Assembly (NCBI GenBank): GCA_050293885.1
Contig: JBNKNO010000008.1
Coordinates: 21,857-85,856 of the forward strand
DNA: 64,000 nucleotides
Origin: Rhodocyclaceae bacterium
Lineage (GTDB): Bacteria > Pseudomonadota > Gammaproteobacteria > Burkholderiales > Rhodocyclaceae
Reading direction: 5' to 3'
The notes under the pieces are model-generated. The model saw nothing but the letters and a program-made list of their open reading frames with translations. It did no database searches and had not been told where the DNA came from. Shown here in pieces: positions 9,102 to 17,442 of the stretch; position 1 is the stretch's first letter; each line of letters starts with the position of its first letter. The translations under genes were made by a program, and so were the position numbers.

Positions 9102-10228
9102 GGCGCTTCCTCACCCCCAGGAGCCTGGATGGGGAAACGCAGGATGAAACAGGTCCCGACGCCCTCCTCCGATTCGCACAACACCTCGCCCTGGTGCTTG
9201 TCCACGATCGTCGAATAGACGATGGCGAGCCCCTGCCCCGTCCCCTTGCCCACCGGTTTGGTGGTGAAGAACGGGTCGAAAATTCGATCGCGAATGCCCG
9301 CCGGAATACCGCCGCCGTCGTCGCGCACCCGGATTTCCACGCAATCGCCGGCACGTGTCGCGGCGACCTCGATGCGCCCCTTGTTGCGGACCCCTTCCTG
9401 CAGCGTATCGGTAATGGCATGGGCCGCATTGACCACCAGATTGAGAATCACCTGACCGATCATGTCGCGCAGACAAGGCACATCGGGGAGGTTATCGTCG
9501 AAGCGGGTATCGATATCCGCCACATATTTCCATTCGTTGCGGGCGACGGTGATCGCGGTATCGATGATTTCGCGGATATCCGCCGTCTCCTTTTCGTCGT
9601 TGGACGGATGGGAGAATTCCTTCAGGGCGGAGACGATCTTGGCAACATGGCCCAGGCCTTCGAGGGATTCATCCAGCGCCCCCGGCACCTGATTGCGCAG
9701 GAAGTCGACCTTGGTGCGCTTCAGGAGCGCATCGAGCTCCGCGAAGGCAGCCTCGTCGGCGGCAAGCGGGCGCGCCGCATCGACCGCGGCCAAAGCCTTG
9801 TCGAGTAGATTGAACAGCGATGCGGACGCCGTCTTGACGAAGCCCACGTTATCGGCAACGTACTGGGTCGGCGTGTTGATCTCGTGCGCAACCCCGGCGG
9901 CGAGCTGGCCGATGGACTCCAGTTTCTGCGCCTGCAACAGCTGCGCCTGCGCAAGGCTCAGTTCTTTCAGCGCCTTTCTCAACTCGGCCCGTTCAGTCTC
10001 CAACTCCAGTGTCTTGCGGTCCACCACGTGTTGCAACGCGACGTTCTGTTCGAGCACGGCGAAGGGGGAATTTTGCTCGCGCGCCGACTCCTGCATGAGT
10101 CGCTTCTTGAGCGCGGCGATGGTCTTGTCCCGCGCAGTCAGCTTACGCGCCAGCTCCGCGACGACCGATTCGGTCGCGCGCTCGTCCTCGCCGGGCGTAC
10201 CGGTGGCAAGCAAATTCGATTGCGTCAT
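9092..10228 (-). CDS. Cytoplasmic sensor histidine kinase (coiled coil + HisKA + HATPase_c)
   Basis: No TM segment. H-box [12 protein letters not shown]-box [11 protein letters not shown]1 RDDGGGIP, G2 GTGQGLAIV. Starts 3 nt after the FIST gene stop. Confidence 0.85.
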   Translation of the reverse strand: MTQSNLLATGTPGEDERATESVVAELARKLTARDKTIAALKKRLMQESAREQNSPFAVLEQNVALQHVVDRKTLELETERAELRKALKELSLAQAQLLQAQKLESIGQLAAGVAHEINTPTQYVADNVGFVKTASASLFNLLDKALAAVDAARPLAADEAAFAELDALLKRTKVDFLRNQVPGALDESLEGLGHVAKIVSALKEFSHPSNDEKETADIREIIDTAITVARNEWKYVADIDTRFDDNLPDVPCLRDMIGQVILNLVVNAAHAITDTLQEGVRNKGRIEVAATRAGDCVEIRVRDDGGGIPAGIRDRIFDPFFTTKPVGKGTGQGLAIVYSTIVDKHQGEVLCESEEGVGTCFILRFPIQAPGGEEAPCK

Positions 10229-10231
10229 GCG

Positions 10232-11347
10232 TCAAGCTCCGATGGCAACGGCGGTGAAGGTCTGATTCACATGCACACCGTTGTACTGTTCGCCATAGGT
10301 CGAAAAACCGAATACGCGGTTTCGCGCCATCAGTTCACCCATGACCCCGTCAATGCCGTGGTCTTCAAATTCGAGGCGTCGCAAAATACAGTCGCACGCG
10401 AGGATCACCGCTGGCTCCGGGATAGCGCGGTGGATTTTCTCGAGACCGTTTTCGAGCGTCGCATACGGATCGGTCGCCGCGCCGATGGTGATCACGAGGC
10501 CCTCCTCGATAGCGCAGTAGCACGTCAATGACAGATCCTCGTTGTACTTCTGTATCGACCGCACGTAGGGCTGCTCGCCAAAAGCAAGTACCAGCGGATG
10601 GCGGGAAAAGACCGCTGGCGTCAGATCCTCGACGCGCAAACCCAAGGTCTCCGCGTACACCGTCGCCGCCGGCTCTCCATTGATTTCATGGATGACGCGC
10701 CGCTCCGGATCGGCCTCGGTAATGACCAGATCGTCCTCGGTGCTATCGAAGTGCGCCACTTTCATGGTCGCCACCGGCGCATCGCACTCGAGCACCGAAA
10801 ACACCGCCGCATCGCTCAGGAAGCGCCCGTCACCGTCATAGACATGGGTACTTTGGAAACGAAGATCGTCGCCGGCCGAACCGCCGACGATGGGAATATT
10901 CCCCAAGCCCTGGTAGAGGCTGGCAACCAGTCGTTCTTCGAGCATCGACAGGCCGTCGACCAGGAGCAGGCCGAAGCGATTGACACCCGGGCGTTCCACG
11001 CAGTCCTTGGCGACAGCCTCGGCAATGCGCAGCGCCTGCGCCGCATGGTCGGTGAGTGGCGTCACCAGGTAGGGCCGTAGCCGGACGCCGCCGCCGCAAA
11101 AACCGATGCCCAGAATACCCGTGTGCTCGAACCCCGCAGGCCCGATCTGCCCGGACGCGGTGCAACCGACCACGGGGCAACGAAACGCACTCCCCAAGGC
11201 CTGGCCGAGTGCCGTGAGATCGTAGTCCGGCGAGCAGAAGAAGATAACCGCGTCGAGCGTCTCGGATCCGAGCGCTTGCGCGAACTCCGCCACCGCGGTG
11301 GACGGATCCATCGACGCGCTACCGCCGTGTTTGACTTGAATACCCAT
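10232..11347 (-). CDS. Stand-alone FIST (N+C) domain sensory protein
   Basis: 371 aa from ATG 11347, preceded by GGAGAG. Sequence pattern (VIFFCSPDYD, GCTASGQIGP, IVGGSAGDDL, GFSTYGEQY) resembles the FIST_N/FIST_C family. Confidence 0.7.
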   Translation of the reverse strand: MGIQVKHGGSASMDPSTAVAEFAQALGSETLDAVIFFCSPDYDLTALGQALGSAFRCPVVGCTASGQIGPAGFEHTGILGIGFCGGGVRLRPYLVTPLTDHAAQALRIAEAVAKDCVERPGVNRFGLLLVDGLSMLEERLVASLYQGLGNIPIVGGSAGDDLRFQSTHVYDGDGRFLSDAAVFSVLECDAPVATMKVAHFDSTEDDLVITEADPERRVIHEINGEPAATVYAETLGLRVEDLTPAVFSRHPLVLAFGEQPYVRSIQKYNEDLSLTCYCAIEEGLVITIGAATDPYATLENGLEKIHRAIPEPAVILACDCILRRLEFEDHGIDGVMGELMARNRVFGFSTYGEQYNGVHVNQTFTAVAIGA

Positions 11348-11543
11348 GACACTCTCCAAAAGAGTCCGCACAGGAAATAGCGGCACGCATTGCCAAGTCT
11401 TGAACCCGTTCACCACCAAGACGCACCATCGCGCACGCCCGTTCGGCATCTCGTATCCATGCAATACGGGTTGCGCCGAAATACGTACGGCGCACTACCG
11501 CAACGATGTGAGACACACACCATGCCGTCCGAGACGCGAGCAA

Positions 11544-11568
11544 GAAAAAGGGCGCCCGCAGGCGCCCT
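11544..11568 (-). terminator. Rho-independent terminator after maeB
   Basis: On the minus strand: agggcgcc-tgcg-ggcgccct (8-bp stem) followed by a T-run, 25 nt after the maeB stop. Confidence 0.65.
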
Positions 11569-11592
11569 CTGTCGGTCGATGCGCGTCCTCGC

Positions 11593-13881
11593 TTAGCCGC
11601 GGCTCGGCTCCGAGGCGTCCACCACCGCCAGCGCGGTGATGTTCACCAACCGACGCACGGTGGCGGTGGCGGTGAGGATGTGCACCGACTTGGCGGCGCC
11701 GAGCAGGATGGGGCCAACCGTGACGCCGTCGCTGTTGGCCTGCTTGCACAGGTTGAAGCTGATGTTGGCGGCATCGATGTTGGGCATCACGAGTAGATTG
11801 GCTTCGCCCGACAAGGTACTGCCGGCCACGGATTCGGCGCGCGTTTCCGGGTTGAGCGCGGTATCCGGGTGCATCTCGCCGTCACATTCGAGATCGGCGC
11901 GGTGAGCCGCCAGCCAGTCGCGTGCCTCGCGCATCTTGCGGGCCGAGGCGGAACGCGAGCTGCCGAAGTTGGAGTGCGACAGCAGGGCGACGCGGGGCTT
12001 GATGCCGAAGCGCTTGAGTTCGTCCGCCGCCATGGCAGCGATCTCGGCCACTTCGTCCGCAGACGGACTCTCGTTCACATAGGTGTCGGCGATCGCCAGC
12101 ACACGCTTGGGCAGCAACAGGATGCTCATGGCTGCAAAACGCTTGGCATTCGGCGCCAGCCCGATGACGTCTTCCACCTGCTTGAGGTGATAGTCGTAGG
12201 TGCCATAGGTGCCACACACCAGCGCATCGGCATCGCCCCGGCGCAACAGCATGCAGCCGATGAGCGTGGTGTCGCGGCGCAGCTTGGCACGGGCAATTTC
12301 AGCCGTGATGCCGTCACGCGACATCATCTGGTGATATTCCTGCCACAGCTCGCGATAACGCGGATCGTCTTCGGTATTGACGACATCAAAGTCGCGGCCG
12401 ATCACCAGGTCGAGCCCCGCCTGGGCAATGCGTCGCTCGATCACCGCCGGCCGGCCGATGAGGATCGGCCGCGCCAGCGACTCGTCGATCACCGCCCGCA
12501 CCGCGTGCAGCACACGCACATCCTCGCCTTCGGAGTACAGCACACGCTTGTTCTCCATCGGGATCTTCTTGGCCGCGGAGAACACCGGCTTCATGATGAT
12601 GCCGGACTGATACACGAAGTTGCTCAGGCTCTGCTCATAGGCCTTGAAGTCCTCGATCGGGCGGGTGGCGACACCGGAGTCCATCGCGGCCTTGGCCACC
12701 GCCGGCGCGATCTTGACGATCAGGCGCGGATCGAAGGGCTTGGGAATGATGTACTCGGGGCCGAAGCGCAGGTCGGCGCCGGCATAGGCGGTGGCCACCG
12801 CGTGGCTCTGCTCGGCCTCGGCCAACTCGGCAATGGCCTTCACGCAGGCCAGCTTCATCTCTTCGGTAATCGTGGTGGCACCGACGTCGAGTGCGCCACG
12901 GAAGATGAAGGGGAAGCACAGGACGTTGTTGACCTGGTTCGGGTAGTCGGAGCGCCCGGTGGCAATGACGCAGTCCGGCCGTACCGCCTTGGCCTCTTCG
13001 GGCATGATCTCCGGCGTCGGGTTGGCGAGTGCGAAGATCAGCGGCTTGTCGGCCATGCGCCCGACCATCTCGGGCTTGAGCACGCCGGCCGCCGACAGAC
13101 CGAGGAAGATGTCGGCGCCTTCGATCACATCGCCCATGGTCCTGGCGTCGGTCTGCTGGGCATAGCGGGCCTTGTTGGCCTCCATGTTCTCGTCACGGCC
13201 GACGCGAATCACGCCGCGCGAATCGCACACATACACGTTCTCGCGCTTGAGCCCCAGGCTGACCATCAGATCGAGGCAGGCGATGGCGGCGGCACCCGCG
13301 CCGGAGCACACCAGCTTCACCGCGCCGATGTCCTTGCCGACTACCTTGAGACCATTGAGCAGACCGGCCGCAGAAATAATCGCCGTGCCGTGCTGGTCGT
13401 CGTGGAAGACGGGGATGTTCATGCGCTCGCGCAGCTGCTTCTCGATGTAGAAGCACTCGGGCGCCTTGATGTCTTCGAGGTTGATGCCACCGAGCGTCGG
13501 CTCCAGCGCGGCAATCATGTCGATGAGCTTGTCGGGGTCGTTTTCGGCCAGTTCGATGTCGAACACATCGATGTTGGCAAACTTCTTGAACAGGCAGGCC
13601 TTGCCTTCCATCACCGGCTTGGAGGCCAGCGGGCCGATGTTGCCGAGGCCCAGCACCGCGGTGCCGTTGGTGATCACGCCGACGAGATTGCCGCGCGAGG
13701 TCATCTCGCTGGCCTGCGCCGGATCGGCAACGATGGCGTCGCAGGCGGCGGCCACGCCGGGTGAGTAAGCCAGCGCCAGATCGCGCTGATTGGTCAGCCC
13801 CTTGGTCGGGACGACCGAAATTTTGCCGCGGGTCGGCGCGCGATGGTACTCCAGTGCGGCGGCAATGAAATCCTGATCCAT
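11593..13881 (-). CDS. maeB: NADP-dependent malic enzyme (malic enzyme + PTA-like domain)
   Basis: 762 aa, N-terminus [29 protein letters not shown]..., NAD(P) site [10 protein letters not shown], long C-terminal phosphotransacetylase-like domain. Confidence 0.95.
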   Translation of the reverse strand: MDQDFIAAALEYHRAPTRGKISVVPTKGLTNQRDLALAYSPGVAAACDAIVADPAQASEMTSRGNLVGVITNGTAVLGLGNIGPLASKPVMEGKACLFKKFANIDVFDIELAENDPDKLIDMIAALEPTLGGINLEDIKAPECFYIEKQLRERMNIPVFHDDQHGTAIISAAGLLNGLKVVGKDIGAVKLVCSGAGAAAIACLDLMVSLGLKRENVYVCDSRGVIRVGRDENMEANKARYAQQTDARTMGDVIEGADIFLGLSAAGVLKPEMVGRMADKPLIFALANPTPEIMPEEAKAVRPDCVIATGRSDYPNQVNNVLCFPFIFRGALDVGATTITEEMKLACVKAIAELAEAEQSHAVATAYAGADLRFGPEYIIPKPFDPRLIVKIAPAVAKAAMDSGVATRPIEDFKAYEQSLSNFVYQSGIIMKPVFSAAKKIPMENKRVLYSEGEDVRVLHAVRAVIDESLARPILIGRPAVIERRIAQAGLDLVIGRDFDVVNTEDDPRYRELWQEYHQMMSRDGITAEIARAKLRRDTTLIGCMLLRRGDADALVCGTYGTYDYHLKQVEDVIGLAPNAKRFAAMSILLLPKRVLAIADTYVNESPSADEVAEIAAMAADELKRFGIKPRVALLSHSNFGSSRSASARKMREARDWLAAHRADLECDGEMHPDTALNPETRAESVAGSTLSGEANLLVMPNIDAANISFNLCKQANSDGVTVGPILLGAAKSVHILTATATVRRLVNITALAVVDASEPSRG

Positions 13882-14183
13882 GAGTCCCCCTCTAAGGTCT
13901 CTCCAGCAATAATGAACCGCGGCCGAGGCGGCGGCATGCCCTTTTTATCGTTCGACAACGCCACAGTAAGATATTGTCTGTTTTGGCCCGCGACAGCGGC
14001 GACCGCGGTCGTGGCGCGGTGCATCGTCAGCCGGGGAGAGACCAACGAGACACCTCGAAAAAGGCGCGCGCATTATCGCACGAAGCCGCCATGCCCGGGA
14101 GTGCACACCCTTACCGCGACGCAACAATACTGGCAGAATGCGCGATAGGGAATTGTGCTGACAAAATGGGGAGGTTCGACAAC

Positions 14184-14963
14184 ATGCGACGCGTGGTCTT
14201 CAACCAGAAAGGTGGCGTAGGCAAGTCCACCATCACCTGCAACCTGGCGGCCATCAGCGCCAGCAAAGGCTTGCGCACCCTGGTGGTCGATCTCGACCCG
14301 CAGGGCAACTCGACCCGCTACCTGCTGGGCAACGGCGCCGACGAGCTGGACGCGTCATTGGCCGACTTCTTCGACCAGGCGCTCAATTTCCGCCTCAACC
14401 CGAAGTCGCTCGACGAATTCGTGCTCGAAACGCCGTTCGAGAATCTGTACGTGATGCCGTCGCATCCCGATCTGGAAGACCTGCAAGGCAAGCTCGAATC
14501 GCGCTACAAGATCTTCAAGCTGCGCGAGGCACTCGATGAGCTGGCCGAAGAATTCGACACCATCTACATCGACACCCCGCCGGCGCTCAACTTCTACACG
14601 CGCTCGGCCATGATCGCCGCCAACGCCTGCCTGATTCCCTTCGACTGCGACGACTTCTCGCGTCGCGCGCTCTACGCCCTGCTCGACAACGTGGCCGAGA
14701 TCCGTGCCGACCACAACGATCAGCTCGAGATCGAAGGCATCGTCGTCAATCAGTTCCAGCCGCGCGCCAGCTTGCCGAAAAAGGTGGTGCAGGAGCTGAT
14801 CGACGAAGGCCTGCCGATCATCGAGCCCTACCTGTCGGCCTCGGTGAAGATCAAGGAATCCCACGAACAGGCCAAGCCGATGATTCATCTGGACCCGAAG
14901 CACAAGGTGACCGGCCAGTTCGTCGATCTGCACGACAGCCTGGTGCGCAAGTACGGCGCCTGA
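14184..14963 (+). CDS. Orphan ParA/MinD-family P-loop ATPase
   Basis: ATG 14184 preceded by GGGGAGG. Deviant Walker A NQKGGVGKST, VVDLDPQGN, Walker B IYIDTPP. No adjacent parB-like gene. Confidence 0.85.
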   Translation: MRRVVFNQKGGVGKSTITCNLAAISASKGLRTLVVDLDPQGNSTRYLLGNGADELDASLADFFDQALNFRLNPKSLDEFVLETPFENLYVMPSHPDLEDLQGKLESRYKIFKLREALDELAEEFDTIYIDTPPALNFYTRSAMIAANACLIPFDCDDFSRRALYALLDNVAEIRADHNDQLEIEGIVVNQFQPRASLPKKVVQELIDEGLPIIEPYLSASVKIKESHEQAKPMIHLDPKHKVTGQFVDLHDSLVRKYGA

Positions 14964-15032
14964 GCTCGCCGGACGGAATATTCCGCGCCGCCCGACTGTC
15001 TATCCGGCGAACTGCTGTCGCCGGGAGTCGAC

Positions 15033-15728
15033 ATGAGCCGCACCATCCGCCTGTGGGATCTCCCCACCCGCTTGTTTCACTGGGGACTTGTCGGCGGCGT
15101 CATCGGCGCCGTCGCAACCGCCAAGATCGGCGGCAATCTCATGCTCTGGCATGGCCGCATCGGCTTGGCGCTGCTGGGATTGCTGGTATTCCGGCTGGCG
15201 TGGGGCTTCGTCGGTTCCACCTATGCCCGCTTTGCCCATTTCGTGCGCGGCCCCGCGGCAATCGCCGCCTATCTGAAGGGCCGGTGGCACGGGGTCGGCC
15301 ACAACCCGCTGGGCGCCCTGTCGGTGATCGCGCTGCTGACGCTGCTCTTCGCCCAGGTGACGACCGGCCTGTTCGCCAATGACGACATCGCCTTCAACGC
15401 GCCCCTCTATCCGCTCGTCTCCAAGGCCATGTCGGACGCGCTGACCGGATGGCACCATCGCGGCGAAATCGCGCTGTACGTGCTCGTCGGGCTGCATCTG
15501 GCCGCCATCGTGTTCTATGCCGTGGTCCGGAAGCAGCGTCTTGTACCGGCCATGGTGACCGGCAGACAGGCGGTGCACACCGAGGCTGCGGCGGATGCCC
15601 GCGGCGGCGGGCCGGTGGCCTTCGTGGTCGCGACCACGATCGCGCTGGCCGCCGTCTGGGGCGCCTCGGGCGCGCTCAATCCACCGCCCCCCGAGCCCCC
15701 GCCGGGGTTCGAAACGCCCACCTGGTAA
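15033..15728 (+). CDS. Cytochrome b561-type (b/b6 domain) membrane cytochrome
   Basis: 231 aa, four TM segments with conserved His (RLFHWGLV, LWHGRIGL, TGWHHRGE, GLHLAAIVFY), typical of the Ni/Fe-hydrogenase b-type / cytochrome b561 family. Confidence 0.75.
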   Translation: MSRTIRLWDLPTRLFHWGLVGGVIGAVATAKIGGNLMLWHGRIGLALLGLLVFRLAWGFVGSTYARFAHFVRGPAAIAAYLKGRWHGVGHNPLGALSVIALLTLLFAQVTTGLFANDDIAFNAPLYPLVSKAMSDALTGWHHRGEIALYVLVGLHLAAIVFYAVVRKQRLVPAMVTGRQAVHTEAAADARGGGPVAFVVATTIALAAVWGASGALNPPPPEPPPGFETPTW

Positions 15729-15738
15729 GCCGGCAACA

Positions 15739-15957
15739 CAAAGGCCACCCGCGGGTTAATGTCGTTCAGTTAAGCACATCGGACTCCTCCCCCTTCAAGG
15801 GGGAGGTTGGGAGGGGGATGGGGTTTTCGAGGCATTGATTGAAACCCATCCCCACCCCAGCCCTCCCCTTGAAGGGGAGGGAGCGTACCGCATGCGCATC
15901 GGAAGGGGTCTTTTGCGCCTTAACTGGACAGCATTACCACCCGCGGGTGGCCTTTGC
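15739..15957. repeat. Nested imperfect inverted repeat, MITE/REP-like element (two head-to-head copies of a ~95-120 bp unit)
   Basis: Outer arms caaaggccacccgcgggt..cagttaag (15739-15774) and the reverse complement at 15919-15957. Internal hairpins cctccccc-ttcaa-gggggagg and ccctcccc-ttgaa-ggggaggg. Central gggatggggt / acccatccc pair. The right half carries a ~30-bp insertion. Confidence 0.8.
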
Positions 15958-15973
15958 ACCCCCCCATTCGCGA

Positions 15974-16447
15974 TCACTCTTTCTCGCGATACTTGTCATG
16001 GCAGGACTTGCACGCCTTGCCGGTTTCACCGAACTGCGCCTTGATCGCAGCCTGATCGCCAGTCGCCGCCGCGGCCTGCAAGGCGTTGGCCTGCTTGACG
16101 AGATTCATCGCAATCTTGCGTACCTCGTCCGGCTCCTGGAAGAACTCGGGCTTCAGCCGCGTTTCCTTCCACCCCTTGCCCTGATCGGTGCCCGGCGCAT
16201 ACAAGGCTCCCAGGCCCGAATTGGCCACGGCGGCCACCACGTTGGCCGCCGCCAACACCTGGTTCTTGTCGAAGGGCACGGATTCATCGACCACCTGGGC
16301 CTTGATCTTGCCCATGTTCCACGCCATGAAGGTGTAGCCCGACTGACGTGTCTTGATCATGTCCTCGGTCTTCATCTGCGCCAACGCACCGGCCGCCAGC
16401 CCCAGCGCAGCCAATCCCGCCAAACCTCGAGCGATCGCCTGATTCAT
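15974..16447 (-). CDS. Cytochrome c' (class II c-type cytochrome)
   Basis: 157 aa from ATG 16447 (RBS GGGAGAAG), signal peptide MNQAIARGLAGLAALGLAAGALA, C-terminal haem motif CKSCHDKY. Confidence 0.85.
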   Translation of the reverse strand: MNQAIARGLAGLAALGLAAGALAQMKTEDMIKTRQSGYTFMAWNMGKIKAQVVDESVPFDKNQVLAAANVVAAVANSGLGALYAPGTDQGKGWKETRLKPEFFQEPDEVRKIAMNLVKQANALQAAAATGDQAAIKAQFGETGKACKSCHDKYREKE

Positions 16448-16635
16448 GGATTCTTCTCCCAAAATGATGGATGCCGCACGACCACCGTGCGTCCCTGAGC
16501 AAAACACCGGCCGAGCCCGATTCATTCCACCCCGAAACACGAACATCCCACCGTCATGCGAGGGCGCGTCGGGCTAAACGTTTCGGCCGAACGTGCCGCT
16601 ATAACCGGAACAGTTTGTTTCCAGAGACACGACGC

Positions 16636-17439
16636 ATGACTTCTTCGCTAAACGTCACTGCGCTCGATGCGCTGATTGTCGAACCCTCCGCCATGCAGGC
16701 CAAGGTGATCGCCCAGTCCTGCACCGAGCTCGGGCTGCCGACGGTCAGACATGCCGGTTGTGCGGCCGAGGCGCTCGATCTGATGCTGGCAAAACGGCCC
16801 GACGTGGTCATCAGCGCGCTGTACCTGCCCGACGCCTCCGGCACCGATCTGGTTCGCCAGATGCGCGCGCATCCCCTGCTCGAACAGGTCGCCTTCATTC
16901 TGGTCTCGAGCGAGACCAACCCGCAGGCGCTCGACCCGGTTCGCCAATCCGGCATCTGCGGCATCGTGCCCAAGCCCTTTTCCAACGCCCAACTCGGTCG
17001 CGCGCTCGACAACACGCTCGAATTGCTGTCGGCCGAGACACTCACGGATGTCGAAGTACCGCTCGAGGAACTCAAGGTGCTGGTGGTGGACGACAGCCCC
17101 AACGCACGCAAATTCATCCGACGCGTGCTCACCAATCTGGGCGTGGAAGACTTCATCGAAGCCGGCGATGGTACCGAGGCGATCTCCATCCTCAACGACA
17201 CCATGGTCGATCTGGTGGTGACCGACTACAACATGCCGCAAATGGATGGCCAGCAACTGATCGAGCACATCCGCAACCAGAGCTGGCAGCGCTCGGTGCC
17301 GATCATGATGGTGACCAGCGAATCCGACGCCGGACGGCTGGCCGCCGTGCAGGAGGCGGGCGTCTCAGGCATCTGTGACAAACCCTTCGAGCCCGCCATG
17401 GTGCGCCAGTTGCTGGCGCACATGTTCGCCGCGCAATAA
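16636..17439 (+). CDS. Tandem receiver protein: pseudo-receiver + CheY-like receiver
   Basis: REC1 lacks the acidic pocket and acceptor Asp (LIVEPS; DVVISALYLPDASG). REC2 is canonical (LVVDDSP; LVVTDYNMPQMDG; MVTS; DKPF). No output domain. Confidence 0.85.
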   Translation: MTSSLNVTALDALIVEPSAMQAKVIAQSCTELGLPTVRHAGCAAEALDLMLAKRPDVVISALYLPDASGTDLVRQMRAHPLLEQVAFILVSSETNPQALDPVRQSGICGIVPKPFSNAQLGRALDNTLELLSAETLTDVEVPLEELKVLVVDDSPNARKFIRRVLTNLGVEDFIEAGDGTEAISILNDTMVDLVVTDYNMPQMDGQQLIEHIRNQSWQRSVPIMMVTSESDAGRLAAVQEAGVSGICDKPFEPAMVRQLLAHMFAAQ

Positions 17440-17442
17440 GGC

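Noticed and set aside
11382-11394. Sigma54-like GGCAC-N-TGCC element upstream of the FIST operon
   Set aside because: The GG-to-GC spacing is 8 nt instead of the required 10 on either strand. It is simply a short palindrome (GGCAcgcatTGCC).
11869-13764. 631-aa + strand ORF antisense to maeB
   Set aside because: maeB on the minus strand is unambiguous. The antisense translation is low-information (R/G/H/A/D rich). It is a GC-driven stop-codon-free frame.
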